A DNA stretch of 64,000 nt from an uncultured Christensenella sp. (GCA_949287655.1 CASEHD010000001.1:73345-137344), one strand, 5' to 3'; shown: positions 36,295-46,235, counted from the first letter of the stretch. Numbers and translations: made by a program. Notes: generated by a model not told the origin, from the letters alone.

Positions 36295-36768
36295 TTACTT
36301 TCCCTCTCCGCCGGTAATGCCGTAAAGCGATCTCATCATCGGGGTAAACACTATGCCGTCCCTGTCCTCGGTCTCGCCGGCGTCGATAAACCCCAGTCTG
36401 CGGTAGATACCGACCGCGTAGGGAGACGCGTTGACCGTGACGTACGAATTGCCGCTGTCCGCGGCAAGCCTTTCGAAAAGCCCTTTCCCGACCCCTTTCT
36501 TCTGATATTTTTCCTTTACGTAAAACGCGATAATGTGCGCCAAGTCGTTGACTGCCGCGATAACGCCGGCGAGCTCTCCGTCATCCGAAAAAGCGCCGTA
36601 AACGACGGCGTCGTCAAATACTTCCGGCGACGAAAAGCGGGCTTTGAAGTTTTTTACGCCTTCTTCCGTATAATACCCGGCGACGAATTTGTCGAAGGTC
36701 TCCCTTATCAGGTAAAGCGCCGCGGGGTATTCGCTTTTTTCGAGTACTTTTATTTCCACTTCGGTCAC
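36295..36768 (-). CDS. GNAT-family N-acetyltransferase
   Basis: It has the acetyl-CoA binding motif YQKKGVGKGLFERL. The GTG start overlaps the upstream stop (GTGA). Confidence 0.85.
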   Translation of the reverse strand: MTEVEIKVLEKSEYPAALYLIRETFDKFVAGYYTEEGVKNFKARFSSPEVFDDAVVYGAFSDDGELAGVIAAVNDLAHIIAFYVKEKYQKKGVGKGLFERLAADSGNSYVTVNASPYAVGIYRRLGFIDAGETEDRDGIVFTPMMRSLYGITGGEGK

Positions 36769-37730
36769 TTTTTGTTTGCGTCCTTCTTTTTCTTCTTTCC
36801 GGACATCTCTTCTTCTATCTGCTTGCGTTCTCCGTAATACTCTTTTGCGCGCGCGCCGATCTTCTTAGCCTTTTCGGCGGTGCTCTTTACGGCTTCGACT
36901 TTGTCCATAGCGCTCTTTTTAACATCCTCTATCTTCTTTGTCGCGTTCTTGCCGATAGAAGATATCTTCGCGGATACTCCTTTCTTAACGGGCTTTTCCG
37001 CCGTTACGGCGACTTCCGCGGAAGTTTCCTTTGCGACCGCGGGCGCGTTTACCTCTGCCCCGTCTGCCCCGGCAACCTCCTTTGTGCCGTCCGCAGCGAC
37101 GACGGCGCTCGCGGGCGACGCTTTCACAGCCTCTTTCCCGGTCTCTGCTCCGGTCTGCTTATTGTCCTTTCCGTTCCATATACTCTTTACGTCTGCGATA
37201 AAGCGGTTGTCGCATTCCTCTTTCTTTTCCTTGATCTTCATCTTCTTGCGGCGCTTTATCATCTTGCGGATCTCGAGGATTATCTGGATCACCACGTAAA
37301 GCACGGATACGCACGAAATGATGAGCGAGAATATGTTCCTGTCGCCGCTGACCGCGTTTACGACGAGGGCGACAGCCAGCAAGAGATTGACAAGCTTGAG
37401 CAGCTTCTTGACAATTTTAAGACCGCTCTTGTAATCCTTTACCGTGTTTTCCTTTCTCCTGTTGCTTTTCGCCATCGCGAGCGAAACGATAAACAGCACG
37501 CAGTACAACACGATAAAACCTCCGAACAGATACGGCAGCCATGTTATATGCGCGTTGTCTCCGGCGAAGGTAAAGACCGTGAATGCCATATACGCTATTA
37601 TGTATATGAAATTGAACGCGATTGACAGATTGCGCTTTATGCGCATGAATTTGGTAAACTTCGACTCTTCCTTTTGTGCCGCCGCGCAGTTAGCGTCGGC
37701 TTCGGCAGACATACTCTTCTTCTTTTCCAT
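36765..37730 (-). CDS. Membrane protein with 4 predicted TM helices and a long Lys/Ala/Glu-rich C-terminal tail, function unknown
   Basis: The TM helices lie in the first roughly 170 aa, followed by low-complexity sequence (KETSAEVAVTAEKPVKKG...KKKKKDANKK). The start is uncertain: no clear RBS precedes 37730, 37766 (TTG) or 37712. Confidence 0.55.
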   Translation of the reverse strand: MEKKKSMSAEADANCAAAQKEESKFTKFMRIKRNLSIAFNFIYIIAYMAFTVFTFAGDNAHITWLPYLFGGFIVLYCVLFIVSLAMAKSNRRKENTVKDYKSGLKIVKKLLKLVNLLLAVALVVNAVSGDRNIFSLIISCVSVLYVVIQIILEIRKMIKRRKKMKIKEKKEECDNRFIADVKSIWNGKDNKQTGAETGKEAVKASPASAVVAADGTKEVAGADGAEVNAPAVAKETSAEVAVTAEKPVKKGVSAKISSIGKNATKKIEDVKKSAMDKVEAVKSTAEKAKKIGARAKEYYGERKQIEEEMSGKKKKKDANKK

Positions 37731-37866
37731 AATTATATGATATATCAAACCCGCGTTTGCGCGCAACTGTTTGAATAATTTTGACAGACGCTGTAAATAA
37801 TATTTTCCGGAAAGCGTGAAGTCGTCCCCGTTTACATAGCACGATCGTGCAAAGGAGGTAAACGAA

Positions 37867-38013
37867 ATGAAGACTCAACAGTACAGCACCGGTCAGAAGC
37901 CCGGCAAGGGCAACTACGTCTGCACCAACTGCGGTTTCAGCCTGAAACTTGGTATGGAAGACAAAATGCCGCCTTGCCCCAACTGCAACAACACGACATT
38001 TACCAAGGACTGA
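37867..38013 (+). CDS. Small zinc-ribbon protein (48 aa; below the track length cutoff)
   Basis: A perfect RBS AAAGGAGG lies 7 nt upstream of the ATG. The translation is MKTQQYSTGQKPGKGNYVCTNCGFSLKLGMEDKMPPCPNCNNTTFTKD, with CxxC-N15-CxxC. A strong terminator follows it. Confidence 0.7.
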   Translation: MKTQQYSTGQKPGKGNYVCTNCGFSLKLGMEDKMPPCPNCNNTTFTKD

Positions 38014-38019
38014 AAAAAG

Positions 38020-38042
38020 ACGGGACGATCGTCCCGTTTTTC
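38020..38042 (+). terminator. Rho-independent terminator after the zinc-ribbon gene
   Basis: A perfect 18-bp palindrome ACGGGACGATCGTCCCGT followed by TTTTT. Confidence 0.8.
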
Positions 38043-38112
38043 ATATCGTTCTTTGTTTTATTCCGTTTTTTCGCGATGCGTATGCTGTTTTTTTTTGCCC
38101 TCGTATATTTTT

Positions 38113-39228
38113 TCAGATGAATTCCGCTATCACAGAGTTTGCGACGAGGGCGAACTCCGGCTTGATTTTAAGCGTCCGACCGTCGAACAGGATATAAGGC
38201 GCGCACTTTTTCAGCGCGGAAGAATATCTGTTTTTAAAATCGACGCCGTATCTGCTTTCGATCGTCCCGACGTCTATCCCGTCCTCAAGCCTCAGCCCGA
38301 GCATCAGCGTCTCGGCAAGCTCTTCTTCGTCCGTAAGTTCCTCTTCGGTCACGTAACCGTGTGTTCCCGTCATTACCGACGATATATACCCGTTTACGTC
38401 GCTTATATTGTAATAGCGGTGTTTTCTTATCTTTCCGTGCGCGGAAACGCCGAAAGCGAGATAATCAGCCATCGTCCAGTATTTGATATTATGCAGACAT
38501 ATTTTGCCGTTTCTGCAAAAATTACTCGTTTCGTAACGCCTATACCCGTTCTCCTCGAGCGCGCCGTAAGCGACGTCGTAAAAACGCGCGCAATCGTCGT
38601 CCGACGGCAATATCAACCCCTGTTCCACCCTCTTTGCAAGCGGAGTACCCGCCTCGACCTTGAGCATATAAGCGGAAACGTGATCTATCCCTTCGCCGGA
38701 GACGAAAGATACGAATTCCTTTACGTCTTCTTCGCTCTGACCTTCAAGTCCGAGCATCATATCCGCACTCACGTCAAAGCTGCAACGTACCGCTCGCTTC
38801 AACGCTTCTTTCGCGGTAAACGCATCGTGACGGCGACCTGCCGCCGCGAGCGCCTTGTCGCTGAGCGACTGCACGCCCAGGCTTATTCTGGTCACGCCCG
38901 CCTCTTTCAGCTCTTTGGCTTTTTCGTCGTCGAAAGTGTCGGGATTGCATTCGGCCGTAAACTCATTTAAACAAAGTCCGAACGCGGATCTCAGTGCGTC
39001 CGCGATCTCTTTTACCGCGCCTTTATAAAGACATGACGGCGTGCCTCCGCCCATATACAGGGTGTCGGCTTCGCCGTCAAAAATTTTCCTGCCCGTGTTT
39101 ATTTCACGCAATAACGCGGCAACGTACTCTTTCTGTTTATCCTCTCCTTCGCATACCGAAACAAAATCGCAGTAAGCGCATTTCGAGCGGCAGAAAGGGA
39201 TATGAACGTATATACCCGCCGCGCTCAT
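38113..39228 (-). CDS. hemW: Radical-SAM heme chaperone HemW (HemN-like, oxygen-independent coproporphyrinogen oxidase family)
   Basis: It has the [13 protein letters not shown] radical-SAM motif and GGGTPS. It lies downstream of lepA with an ATGA overlap, the classic lepA-hemW pairing. Confidence 0.9.
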   Translation of the reverse strand: MSAAGIYVHIPFCRSKCAYCDFVSVCEGEDKQKEYVAALLREINTGRKIFDGEADTLYMGGGTPSCLYKGAVKEIADALRSAFGLCLNEFTAECNPDTFDDEKAKELKEAGVTRISLGVQSLSDKALAAAGRRHDAFTAKEALKRAVRCSFDVSADMMLGLEGQSEEDVKEFVSFVSGEGIDHVSAYMLKVEAGTPLAKRVEQGLILPSDDDCARFYDVAYGALEENGYRRYETSNFCRNGKICLHNIKYWTMADYLAFGVSAHGKIRKHRYYNISDVNGYISSVMTGTHGYVTEEELTDEEELAETLMLGLRLEDGIDVGTIESRYGVDFKNRYSSALKKCAPYILFDGRTLKIKPEFALVANSVIAEFI

Positions 39229-41027
39229 TTATCGAATTTGAGTATGGTCATAAACGCCTCGCTGGGCACCTCTACCGAGCCTATCTGGCGCATGCGTTTC
39301 TTGCCTTCTTTCTGCTTTTCAAGAAGCTTCTTCTTACGCGTTATATCGCCGCCGTAGCATTTCGCGAGAACGTCCTTTCTCATCGCTTTGACCGTCTCCC
39401 TGGCGATGACCTTGCCGCCTATCGCCGCCTGAATCGGGATCTCGAAAAGCTGACGCGGGATCACCTCTTTAAGTTTTTCCGCGATACCTCTGCCTCGCGC
39501 GTACGCCTTGTCGCGGTGTACGATTATACTGAGCGCGTCGCATATCTCGCCGTTAAGAAGTATATCGAGTTTTACGAGGTCGCTTTCCTTGTATCCGATT
39601 ATCTCGTAGTCGAGGCTGGCATAGCCGCGCGTACGCGATTTCAGAGAATCGAAAAAGTCGTATATTATCTCGTTGAGCGGCATTTCGTATTCTATCTTTA
39701 CCCTCGTCGTTTCGAGGTAAGTCATATCAATGAACGTTCCGCGTTTATCCTGGCAAAGTTCCATTATCGGCCCGACGTACTCCGGCGGCGTATACAAAAA
39801 CGCCTTTACGACAGGCTCTTCCATATGGTCGATATCCCCTGCCGGCGGCAGGTTGGACGGGTTGGAAACCAGCAGCGTTTCGCCGTTGTTCCTGACGACG
39901 TTGTAAGACACGCCCGGCGCGGTCGTGATCAGGTCGAGGTCGAATTCCCTTTCAAGTCTTTCCTGTATGATCTCCATATGCAGAAGCCCCAGGAATCCGC
40001 ATCTGAAACCGAAGCCGAGCGCAGTAGAGACCTCTGGTTCGTACATAAGCGACGCGTCGTTGAGCTTGAGCTTTTCAAGCGCGTCCTTTAAGTCGTTGTA
40101 TCTCGCGCCGTCTGTCGGATATATGCCGCAGAACACCATCGGGCTGACCTCTTTGAAGCCGTCGAGCGGCTCTTTTGCCCCTCCGACCGCAAGGGTTATC
40201 GTATCGCCGACCTTTGTGTCGCTGACGTTCTTTATGCTGGCGCACAGATAGCCGACATCGCCCGCGCTGAGTTCTTCGACAGGGGTCGAACGCGGAGTGA
40301 ATACGCCCACTTCGGTGACGTCGAATTCCTTGCCCGTCGCGAAAAACCTGACCTTATCGCCCGCCTTTACCTTGCCGTCGAAAACGCGGATAAAAGACAC
40401 CGCGCCCTTGTAGCTGTCGTAATACGAGTCGAAGATAAGCGCCTTGAAAGGCTTGTCGTAATCGCCGCGCGGAGAAGGCAGAAGCTCTATTACCTGTTTC
40501 AGCACTTCTTCAATGCCCGTTCCTTCTTTCGCCGATACGAGAGGCGCGTTTTCGGCGTCGAGACCGATGACGTCCTCAATCTCCTTCTTTACCTCGCCGG
40601 GGCGCGCGGACGGAAGGTCTATCTTATTTATCACAGGAATTATTTCCAGGTCGTTGTCCAGCGCGAGATATACGTTGGTAAGAGTCTGCGCCTCTATGCC
40701 CTGCGACGCGTCGACGATGAGTATCGCGCCTTCGCACGCCTTAAGAGAACGCGAGACCTCGTAAGTAAAGTCGACGTGTCCCGGTGTGTCGATAAGGTTG
40801 AATTCGTACTTCTCTCCGTTATAGGTATAGTTCATCCTGACCGGGGTCAACTTTATCGTTATACCTCGTTCGCGCTCTATGTCCATGCTGTCGAGGAGCT
40901 GCTCTTTAGCCTCTCTCTTGCTGACCGTCTCCGTGACGTCCATGATGCGGTCGGCAAGAGTGCTCTTGCCGTGGTCGATATGGGCGACTATACAGAAATT
41001 TCTTATTTTGCTCTGATCCTTGGGCAT
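39225..41027 (-). CDS. lepA: Translation elongation factor 4 (LepA)
   Basis: It has [28 protein letters not shown] and NKIDL, together with the LepA-specific C-terminus. Confidence 0.97.
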   Translation of the reverse strand: MPKDQSKIRNFCIVAHIDHGKSTLADRIMDVTETVSKREAKEQLLDSMDIERERGITIKLTPVRMNYTYNGEKYEFNLIDTPGHVDFTYEVSRSLKACEGAILIVDASQGIEAQTLTNVYLALDNDLEIIPVINKIDLPSARPGEVKKEIEDVIGLDAENAPLVSAKEGTGIEEVLKQVIELLPSPRGDYDKPFKALIFDSYYDSYKGAVSFIRVFDGKVKAGDKVRFFATGKEFDVTEVGVFTPRSTPVEELSAGDVGYLCASIKNVSDTKVGDTITLAVGGAKEPLDGFKEVSPMVFCGIYPTDGARYNDLKDALEKLKLNDASLMYEPEVSTALGFGFRCGFLGLLHMEIIQERLEREFDLDLITTAPGVSYNVVRNNGETLLVSNPSNLPPAGDIDHMEEPVVKAFLYTPPEYVGPIMELCQDKRGTFIDMTYLETTRVKIEYEMPLNEIIYDFFDSLKSRTRGYASLDYEIIGYKESDLVKLDILLNGEICDALSIIVHRDKAYARGRGIAEKLKEVIPRQLFEIPIQAAIGGKVIARETVKAMRKDVLAKCYGGDITRKKKLLEKQKEGKKRMRQIGSVEVPSEAFMTILKFDK

Positions 41028-41051
41028 ATTTTCTCCTTTTGCTCCTAAGGC

Positions 41052-42239
41052 TTATTTGCCGTACGTCTGTGAAAGTTTTACGAAAGACTGCTCTGAACGC
41101 GCTATCGTCTCAGGCGACACGCAGTAAGCTATCCTGACCCAGCCTTTGCAGCCGAAGCCGGTTGCGGGTACGATAAGAAGCCTTTGCTTTTTCGCTTCCG
41201 CGACGAATCTTATATCGTCGCCGTCGGGCGCTTTTACGAACAGGTAGAACGCTCCCTGAGGCTCAACGTACTCAAAGCCGCATTTATCCATTATCGCCTT
41301 GAGCGCCGCGCCGTTCTTTTCATAATAGCTTACGTCCACGCTCGCGTTCAGACATTTCGCCGCCGCCATCTGTATCAGCGAAGGCGCGTTGACGAAACCC
41401 AGCACGCGGGTCGCGACGCCCAGCGCGCCGATGAGTTCTTCAAAGTCCGCGCAGCCGGGATTTACCGCGAGATAGCCTATCCGCTCGCCCGCGAGCGAAA
41501 GCGACTTGCTGAACGAATAGCCGCTCACCGTATTTTCGTAGTATTTCGCCGGATATTCCTGCTTTACGCCGCCGTAAACAAGCTCTCTGTAAGGTTCGTC
41601 CGACAACAGATATATCGCGGTGCCGTATTCCTTTTCCGCGTCCCTCATCGCGTCGGCGAGCGCGACAAGCGTTTCTTTGTCGTACACAACACCTGTCGGA
41701 TTGTTGGGGGTGTTTATTATCACCGCTTTCGTCTTAGCAGTAAGCGCCTTTCTCAGCGCGGCGATATCGGGCTGAAAGGTCGGAGGATTGGGCGGTACGA
41801 CGACGAGCTTGCCGTCGTAATTTGAAACGTAATTCGCGTATTCGCCGAAAAACGGAGCGATGACGACGATTTCGTCGCCCGGGTCGAGAACGGCTTTTAA
41901 AAACACGTTGAGTCCTCCCGCCGCGCCCACGCTCATAACAATGCAATTTTGGTCGTAATTCATGCTGAAACGCGCGTTCAGACTGTCTGCGACCGCCTGT
42001 CTTACGTCCTCGAAACCCGCGTTGGACATATATCCGTGCAAGGTCAGCGCGTCGCAGTTTTCGACCTCGCTTTTAAGCGCGTCCGCAACTTCGCGCGGAG
42101 CCGGAAGATTGGGGTTGCCCAGCGAAAAATCGTATACGTTTTCCTCGCCGTAGACCGCGGCGAGTTTCTTCCCTTCTTCGAACATCGCGCGGATAGCCGA
42201 ACTGTTCTTAACCATATTGCGCATTTTTTCAGAAATCAT
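41052..42239 (-). CDS. Class I/II PLP-dependent aminotransferase (AspC/AlaT-like), 395 aa
   Basis: It has NPNLPAP, NPTGVVY and YSFSKSLSLAGERIGY, which contains the PLP lysine motif SxSK. The start is trimmed to the ATG at 42237-42239, behind GAGAGG. Confidence 0.9.
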   Translation of the reverse strand: MISEKMRNMVKNSSAIRAMFEEGKKLAAVYGEENVYDFSLGNPNLPAPREVADALKSEVENCDALTLHGYMSNAGFEDVRQAVADSLNARFSMNYDQNCIVMSVGAAGGLNVFLKAVLDPGDEIVVIAPFFGEYANYVSNYDGKLVVVPPNPPTFQPDIAALRKALTAKTKAVIINTPNNPTGVVYDKETLVALADAMRDAEKEYGTAIYLLSDEPYRELVYGGVKQEYPAKYYENTVSGYSFSKSLSLAGERIGYLAVNPGCADFEELIGALGVATRVLGFVNAPSLIQMAAAKCLNASVDVSYYEKNGAALKAIMDKCGFEYVEPQGAFYLFVKAPDGDDIRFVAEAKKQRLLIVPATGFGCKGWVRIAYCVSPETIARSEQSFVKLSQTYGK

Positions 42240-42363
42240 AAAAACCTCTCGCGCATACTTGCGCGCACCGCACATAAATTGCCGTTACAAATATTATATA
42301 AAAATAACTGGATTTTAGCAAATATATTTTATATAATATAAACATAAACAGCGAGGTGATATC

Positions 42364-42945
42364 ATGACACTTGAAGAACTGTCCAAAAAACTCAAAGCTC
42401 GCGGATTTATTCCCGAGATATGCGGCAGCGGCAAAGAAGCCGCCGAAAAAATACTGTCGATAATTCCCGCTGCCGACTCTGTCGGCAAAGGCGGAAGCGT
42501 CACTCTCTCACAGATCGGCATAGCCGAAAAACTCGCGGAGCGCGGCAACACCTTCTTCGACAGGAATTCTTACGTTGAAGCCGCCGGCGCGAAATGGTTT
42601 CTCTCTTCCGCGAACGCTATGACCGAAAACGGCGACATAGTCAATATAGACGGCTCCGCGAACAGGGTCTCTTCCCTCATCTTCGGCGTACCCAACGTGA
42701 TCTACGTCGTAGGCAAAAACAAGATAGTCAAAGACCTCGACGCCGCGATCGACAGGATACGCAACTACACCTGCCACCTCAACGCTGTGCGCCTGGGAAA
42801 ATCCACCCCTTGCGCCATTACCGGCAAGTGCGCTTACTGCACCGGCAAAGAGTGCATGTGCAACGTGACGACGATAGTCCACCACCCGACCAGGTATCAG
42901 GAAAACGTATACGTTCTGCTCGTCGACGAAGAACTGGGATATTGA
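42364..42945 (+). CDS. LUD-domain (DUF162, LutC/YkgG-like) protein
   Basis: The family pattern is present: GKGGSVTLSQIG...MTENGDIVNIDGSANRVSSLIFGV...IVKDLDAAIDRIRN...TPCAITGKCAYC. The RBS is GAGGTG. Confidence 0.75.
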   Translation: MTLEELSKKLKARGFIPEICGSGKEAAEKILSIIPAADSVGKGGSVTLSQIGIAEKLAERGNTFFDRNSYVEAAGAKWFLSSANAMTENGDIVNIDGSANRVSSLIFGVPNVIYVVGKNKIVKDLDAAIDRIRNYTCHLNAVRLGKSTPCAITGKCAYCTGKECMCNVTTIVHHPTRYQENVYVLLVDEELGY

Positions 42946-42948
42946 TAT

Positions 42949-43689
42949 ATGAAAGACAGAGATTTTTTTAAAGGGATACCTTTCGCTCACCGCGGACTGC
43001 ACGACAACAAGACTATCCCCGAAAACTCAATGGCAGCGTTCGCAAACGCAGTCGAACACGGTTACGGGATTGAATTCGACGTATATCTTACAGACGAAGG
43101 TACGCTTATCGTCCATCACGACCCGTCGCTTAAACGCACCTGCGGAATAAAACTTCACCCGGAAAAGATCAAGAACGCCGATCTCGACAAATACAGGCTT
43201 TTCGGCACCGACGAAAAGATACCGCTTTTCAAAGACGTGCTCTCTTTTGTCGACGGACGCGTAAAACTGATAATCGAGATAAAGGTCACGAAAAAGTACG
43301 AAGAGACCTGCTCTGCGGTACTTCTGGCGCTCAAGGATTACAAGGGCGACTATTGCCTGGAATCGTTTGACCCGCGCGCCGTGCTGTATATGCAGGAAAA
43401 GCGCCCCGACCTTCTCATCGGTCAGCTGTACGACCCCAACCCGATACAGAGAATCTGTTGTCACAGACTGGGGACGCACAAAAAGGCGGCTTTCCTCGCG
43501 GCGAGCATAAAGACGCTCAAAAGCGGCTTCTATTCAAAGACGCAAGCGGCTGACCCGTCGGTCGCAATTGTCACATGGACGATTCGCACTAAAAAACAAC
43601 TCGGACTCGCGAAAGCAAAGGCGGACAATTTCATATTCGAAAGCGATATTAAAAATGAAACGTATATCCCGATGCCGCCCGCAAAATAA
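42949..43689 (+). CDS. Glycerophosphodiester phosphodiesterase family protein
   Basis: It has the GDPD catalytic N-terminus FAHRGLH...PENSMAAF...GYGIEFDV...VHHD. Confidence 0.85.
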   Translation: MKDRDFFKGIPFAHRGLHDNKTIPENSMAAFANAVEHGYGIEFDVYLTDEGTLIVHHDPSLKRTCGIKLHPEKIKNADLDKYRLFGTDEKIPLFKDVLSFVDGRVKLIIEIKVTKKYEETCSAVLLALKDYKGDYCLESFDPRAVLYMQEKRPDLLIGQLYDPNPIQRICCHRLGTHKKAAFLAASIKTLKSGFYSKTQAADPSVAIVTWTIRTKKQLGLAKAKADNFIFESDIKNETYIPMPPAK

Positions 43690-43706
43690 CACGGTGGAAA
43701 AAACCT

Positions 43707-43735
43707 GCCTCCGCAGTCGGCGGAGGTATTTTTAT
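43707..43735 (+). terminator. Rho-independent terminator after the GDPD gene
   Basis: GCCTCCGCagtcgGCGGAGGT followed by ATTTTTAT. Confidence 0.7.
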
Positions 43736-43805
43736 CCTTTAATTTCCTTTTACTCACAGAATATTTGAAGCCCGCGCACACACACTAAGCGCGGGAGGTG
43801 ATATA

Positions 43806-43940
43806 ATGAAACTTTCTACTATTATGGGATTCGGCGTCGGCATGGCTACCACGCTTATAGCGGCGAAAGCCGTAACGAGCGGCGAAGTCAAGTCGCGCGG
43901 CAAGGCGATAAGAAAAAAGATAGTAAGCCTTCTGGACTGA
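43806..43940 (+). CDS. Possible small membrane peptide (44 aa; below the track length cutoff)
   Basis: The RBS GGGAGGTG lies 7 nt upstream of the ATG. The translation is MKLSTIMGFGVGMATTLIAAKAVTSGEVKSRGKAIRKKIVSLLD, with a hydrophobic N-terminal half and a basic C-terminal half. I found no clear promoter of its own. Confidence 0.4.
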   Translation: MKLSTIMGFGVGMATTLIAAKAVTSGEVKSRGKAIRKKIVSLLD

Positions 43941-44013
43941 GCCGTGACGGAAAACGGCGTATGCGCCTGACCGTTTTTTAACGTGAAATACAGGTATAAC
44001 CTACACGGGCGCC

Positions 44014-44046
44014 AAAAAAATCCGCCTGCGGAAAACCGCGGACGGA
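44014..44046 (-). terminator. Rho-independent terminator after nifU/iscU
   Basis: Minus strand ATCCGTCCGCGGttttCCGCAGGCGGAT pairs at 11 of 12 positions, followed by TTTTTTT. Confidence 0.85.
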
Positions 44047-44081
44047 TCTTTTGTTTGTTTCAGGGGATAATGTCTTATAAT

Positions 44082-44465
44082 TTATTTAGCTTCCTTTTCA
44101 GCCTGTCTTTTGCGGTAGTCCTCTATTGCCGCCTTTATAGCTTCCTCGGCGAGAACGCTGCAATGTATCTTCTGCGGGGGAAGTCCTTCGAGGTACTCGA
44201 CGACCTTCGCGTTGGTCAGTTTGAGCGCGTCGTCCACCGTCATGCCGATGACCATATTTGTAGCCACGCTGCTGGTCGCGACAGCCGCCGCACAGCCGAA
44301 AGTGCGGAATTTAGCGTCCGTGATAACGTTGTCCTTGACTTTTATCGTTATCTCCATGATGTCGCCGCAGGTCGCGTTGCCGACCTTGCCCGCGCCGTCG
44401 TTGTCCTCTATATATCCCACGTTCTGCGGGTTTGCAAATTCTTTCATTACCTTTTCGTTATACAT
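44082..44465 (-). CDS. nifU: Fe-S cluster scaffold protein (IscU/NifU N-terminal type)
   Basis: It has NATCGDIMEI, FRTFGCAAA and IHCSVLA, which provide the three conserved Cys ligands. Confidence 0.9.
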   Translation of the reverse strand: MYNEKVMKEFANPQNVGYIEDNDGAGKVGNATCGDIMEITIKVKDNVITDAKFRTFGCAAAVATSSVATNMVIGMTVDDALKLTNAKVVEYLEGLPPQKIHCSVLAEEAIKAAIEDYRKRQAEKEAK

Positions 44466-45651
44466 ACTTTTGTTCTCCTTCGAATTTTTTGAAAAGCGGC
44501 GACATTTCTCTGAGTCTCGCCACGACTTCGTATAATTTTTTCAACGTGTATTCAGTTTCTTCCATCGTGTTGTCCTTGCCGAAACTGAAGCGTATCGACC
44601 CGTGCGCCAGCTCTATCGGAACGCCGAGCGAAAGCAATACGTAACTGGGCTCAAGCGACCCGCTGGAACATGCCGATCCGCTGGATACCGCGATACCCGC
44701 CAGGTCGAGACTCATCAATATCGACTCCCCTTCGATATACTCGAACGAGAAATTCGCGTTGGACGCGAGCCTTCTTAACGTATCCGTCGTACCGTTGTAT
44801 CTGACGTCGCTTATGTTCGCCATGACTTCTTTTACGAAATAATCTCTTAAAGCGGCGATATGAGCGTTGTTCTTTTCCATATCGCGCACCGCCTTTTCGA
44901 TCGCGTACCCGAGTCCTACAATGCCCGGGGTATTCAGCGTAGAGGCACGCATATTCCTTTCCTGCTCTCCGCCGTCCATAAAGCGTTCTATCTTCACGCC
45001 GTTGCGCTTATAAAGAACGCCGACGCCCTTGGGTCCGTAGAACTTGTGCGCGCTCATCGAAAGCATGTCTATATTGTCTTTTACAACGTCTATCGGCAGG
45101 TTGCCGACCGCCTGGACCGCGTCTGTATGGAAAAGTATCTTGTGCGCCCTGGCAACCGCGCCTATCTCTCTTATCGGCTCGATCGTGCCGACCTCGTTGT
45201 TCGCGCTCATCACGGATATGAGTATCGTCTTGTCCGTGATCGCCTCTTCGACCTGTTTTGCGGTCACGAAGCCCTCTTCCGTTACCGGAAGATATGTGAC
45301 TTTGAAGCCCTCTTTTTCAAGCCTCTTGCAGGTCTGAATCACCGCGGGATGCTCAATCGCCGTAGTGATGATATGATCGCCCTTTTCGCGAAAAGCGTGC
45401 GCCGCGCCTTTTATCGCCCAGTTGTCGCTTTCCGTGCCGCCCGACGTAAAATATATTTCGGTCGGCTTTGCGTTTATCGCCTTTGCAACCCTCTCTCTCG
45501 CCGCGTCGATCGCGACCAGCGCTTCTCTTCCGAAAAAGTGCTGAGACGAACCGTTTCCGTACACTTCGGAAAAATACGGCAGCATCTGCTGCAATACTTC
45601 CGGGTCGGTATGCGTCGTAGCCGAGTTGTCCAGATAAATTCTGCGTTCCAT
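44458..45651 (-). CDS. nifS: Cysteine desulfurase (NifS/IscS type)
   Basis: It has IYLDNSATT, SAHKFYGPKGVG (the PLP lysine) and the SSGSACSS active-site loop. Confidence 0.95.
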   Translation of the reverse strand: MERRIYLDNSATTHTDPEVLQQMLPYFSEVYGNGSSQHFFGREALVAIDAARERVAKAINAKPTEIYFTSGGTESDNWAIKGAAHAFREKGDHIITTAIEHPAVIQTCKRLEKEGFKVTYLPVTEEGFVTAKQVEEAITDKTILISVMSANNEVGTIEPIREIGAVARAHKILFHTDAVQAVGNLPIDVVKDNIDMLSMSAHKFYGPKGVGVLYKRNGVKIERFMDGGEQERNMRASTLNTPGIVGLGYAIEKAVRDMEKNNAHIAALRDYFVKEVMANISDVRYNGTTDTLRRLASNANFSFEYIEGESILMSLDLAGIAVSSGSACSSGSLEPSYVLLSLGVPIELAHGSIRFSFGKDNTMEETEYTLKKLYEVVARLREMSPLFKKFEGEQKYV

Positions 45652-45652
45652 T

Positions 45653-46051
45653 TTATTCTCCCTCTACCAGCTCTTTCAAGCTGATACCGTCTAAGCATTT
45701 GTTGATCTCTCGGTACAGTTTAGCCCATACCCCGTATGTCTGACAGGTGGATTTGTTGCGGCAGTCGCCCGAAAGACAGTCTACTATCTCCAGCCCGTTT
45801 TCAAGGCTTCTCAATATGTCTCCGACGCTTATCTCCTCAGGCGGTCTTTTGAGGAAATAACCTCCGCTGGCGCCCCTGGTCGCGTCGATAAGATCGTCCT
45901 TTTTGAGTACGGACAAGAGCTGCTCAAGATACTTTTCGCTTAAAAAAGTCTCGCTCGCTATATACGGCAGAGACAGCGCCCCTTCGCCGTAATGCTTCGC
46001 AAGCTCGCACATAGCTTTTAAACCGTATCTTCCTTTTGACGACAGCTTCAT
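45653..46051 (-). CDS. Rrf2-family transcriptional regulator (IscR/CymR-like)
   Basis: It has MKLSSKGRYGLKAMCELA and the wHTH region. The Cys residues spaced C-x5-C-x5-C (CLSGDCRNKSTC) suggest an Fe-S sensing form. It is the first gene of the nifS-nifU operon. Confidence 0.9.
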   Translation of the reverse strand: MKLSSKGRYGLKAMCELAKHYGEGALSLPYIASETFLSEKYLEQLLSVLKKDDLIDATRGASGGYFLKRPPEEISVGDILRSLENGLEIVDCLSGDCRNKSTCQTYGVWAKLYREINKCLDGISLKELVEGE

Positions 46052-46080
46052 TTTTAATCCCTATCAATTTTCTAGGTATT

Positions 46081-46109
46081 ATCTTACTATTATTGTCGCT
46101 GTCTGTCAA
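46081..46109 (-). promoter_or_regulatory. SigA-type promoter of the Rrf2-nifS-nifU operon
   Basis: Minus strand TTGACA, a 17-nt spacer, then TAAGAT. A partial dyad (ACCTAGaaaattGATAGGG) lies between the -10 and the start codon. Confidence 0.5.
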
Positions 46110-46190
46110 ACGTTTGATACGCAGGTTTTAAAAATATTTTTTATATATCGTAAATTGCGGTAAAGCCCCGCCTTTTCTACGCGCAGACAT

Positions 46191-46214
46191 AAAAAAAGAC
46201 GGGTCTGACCCGTC
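46191..46214 (-). terminator. Rho-independent terminator after glyA
   Basis: Minus strand GACGGGTcagACCCGTC followed by TTTTTTT. Confidence 0.85.
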
Positions 46215-46235
46215 TTTTCTTTTATCGCCGATAAG

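Noticed and set aside
42364-43689. The plus-strand LUD-domain and GDPD gene pair, considered as a possible inserted module. The LUD protein has a Cys-rich tail (CAITGKCAYCTGKECMC).
   Set aside because: Both are common metabolic families. The Cys-rich C-terminus is, to my recollection, typical of stand-alone DUF162/LUD proteins. GC looks like the surrounding DNA, and nothing suggests a novel system.
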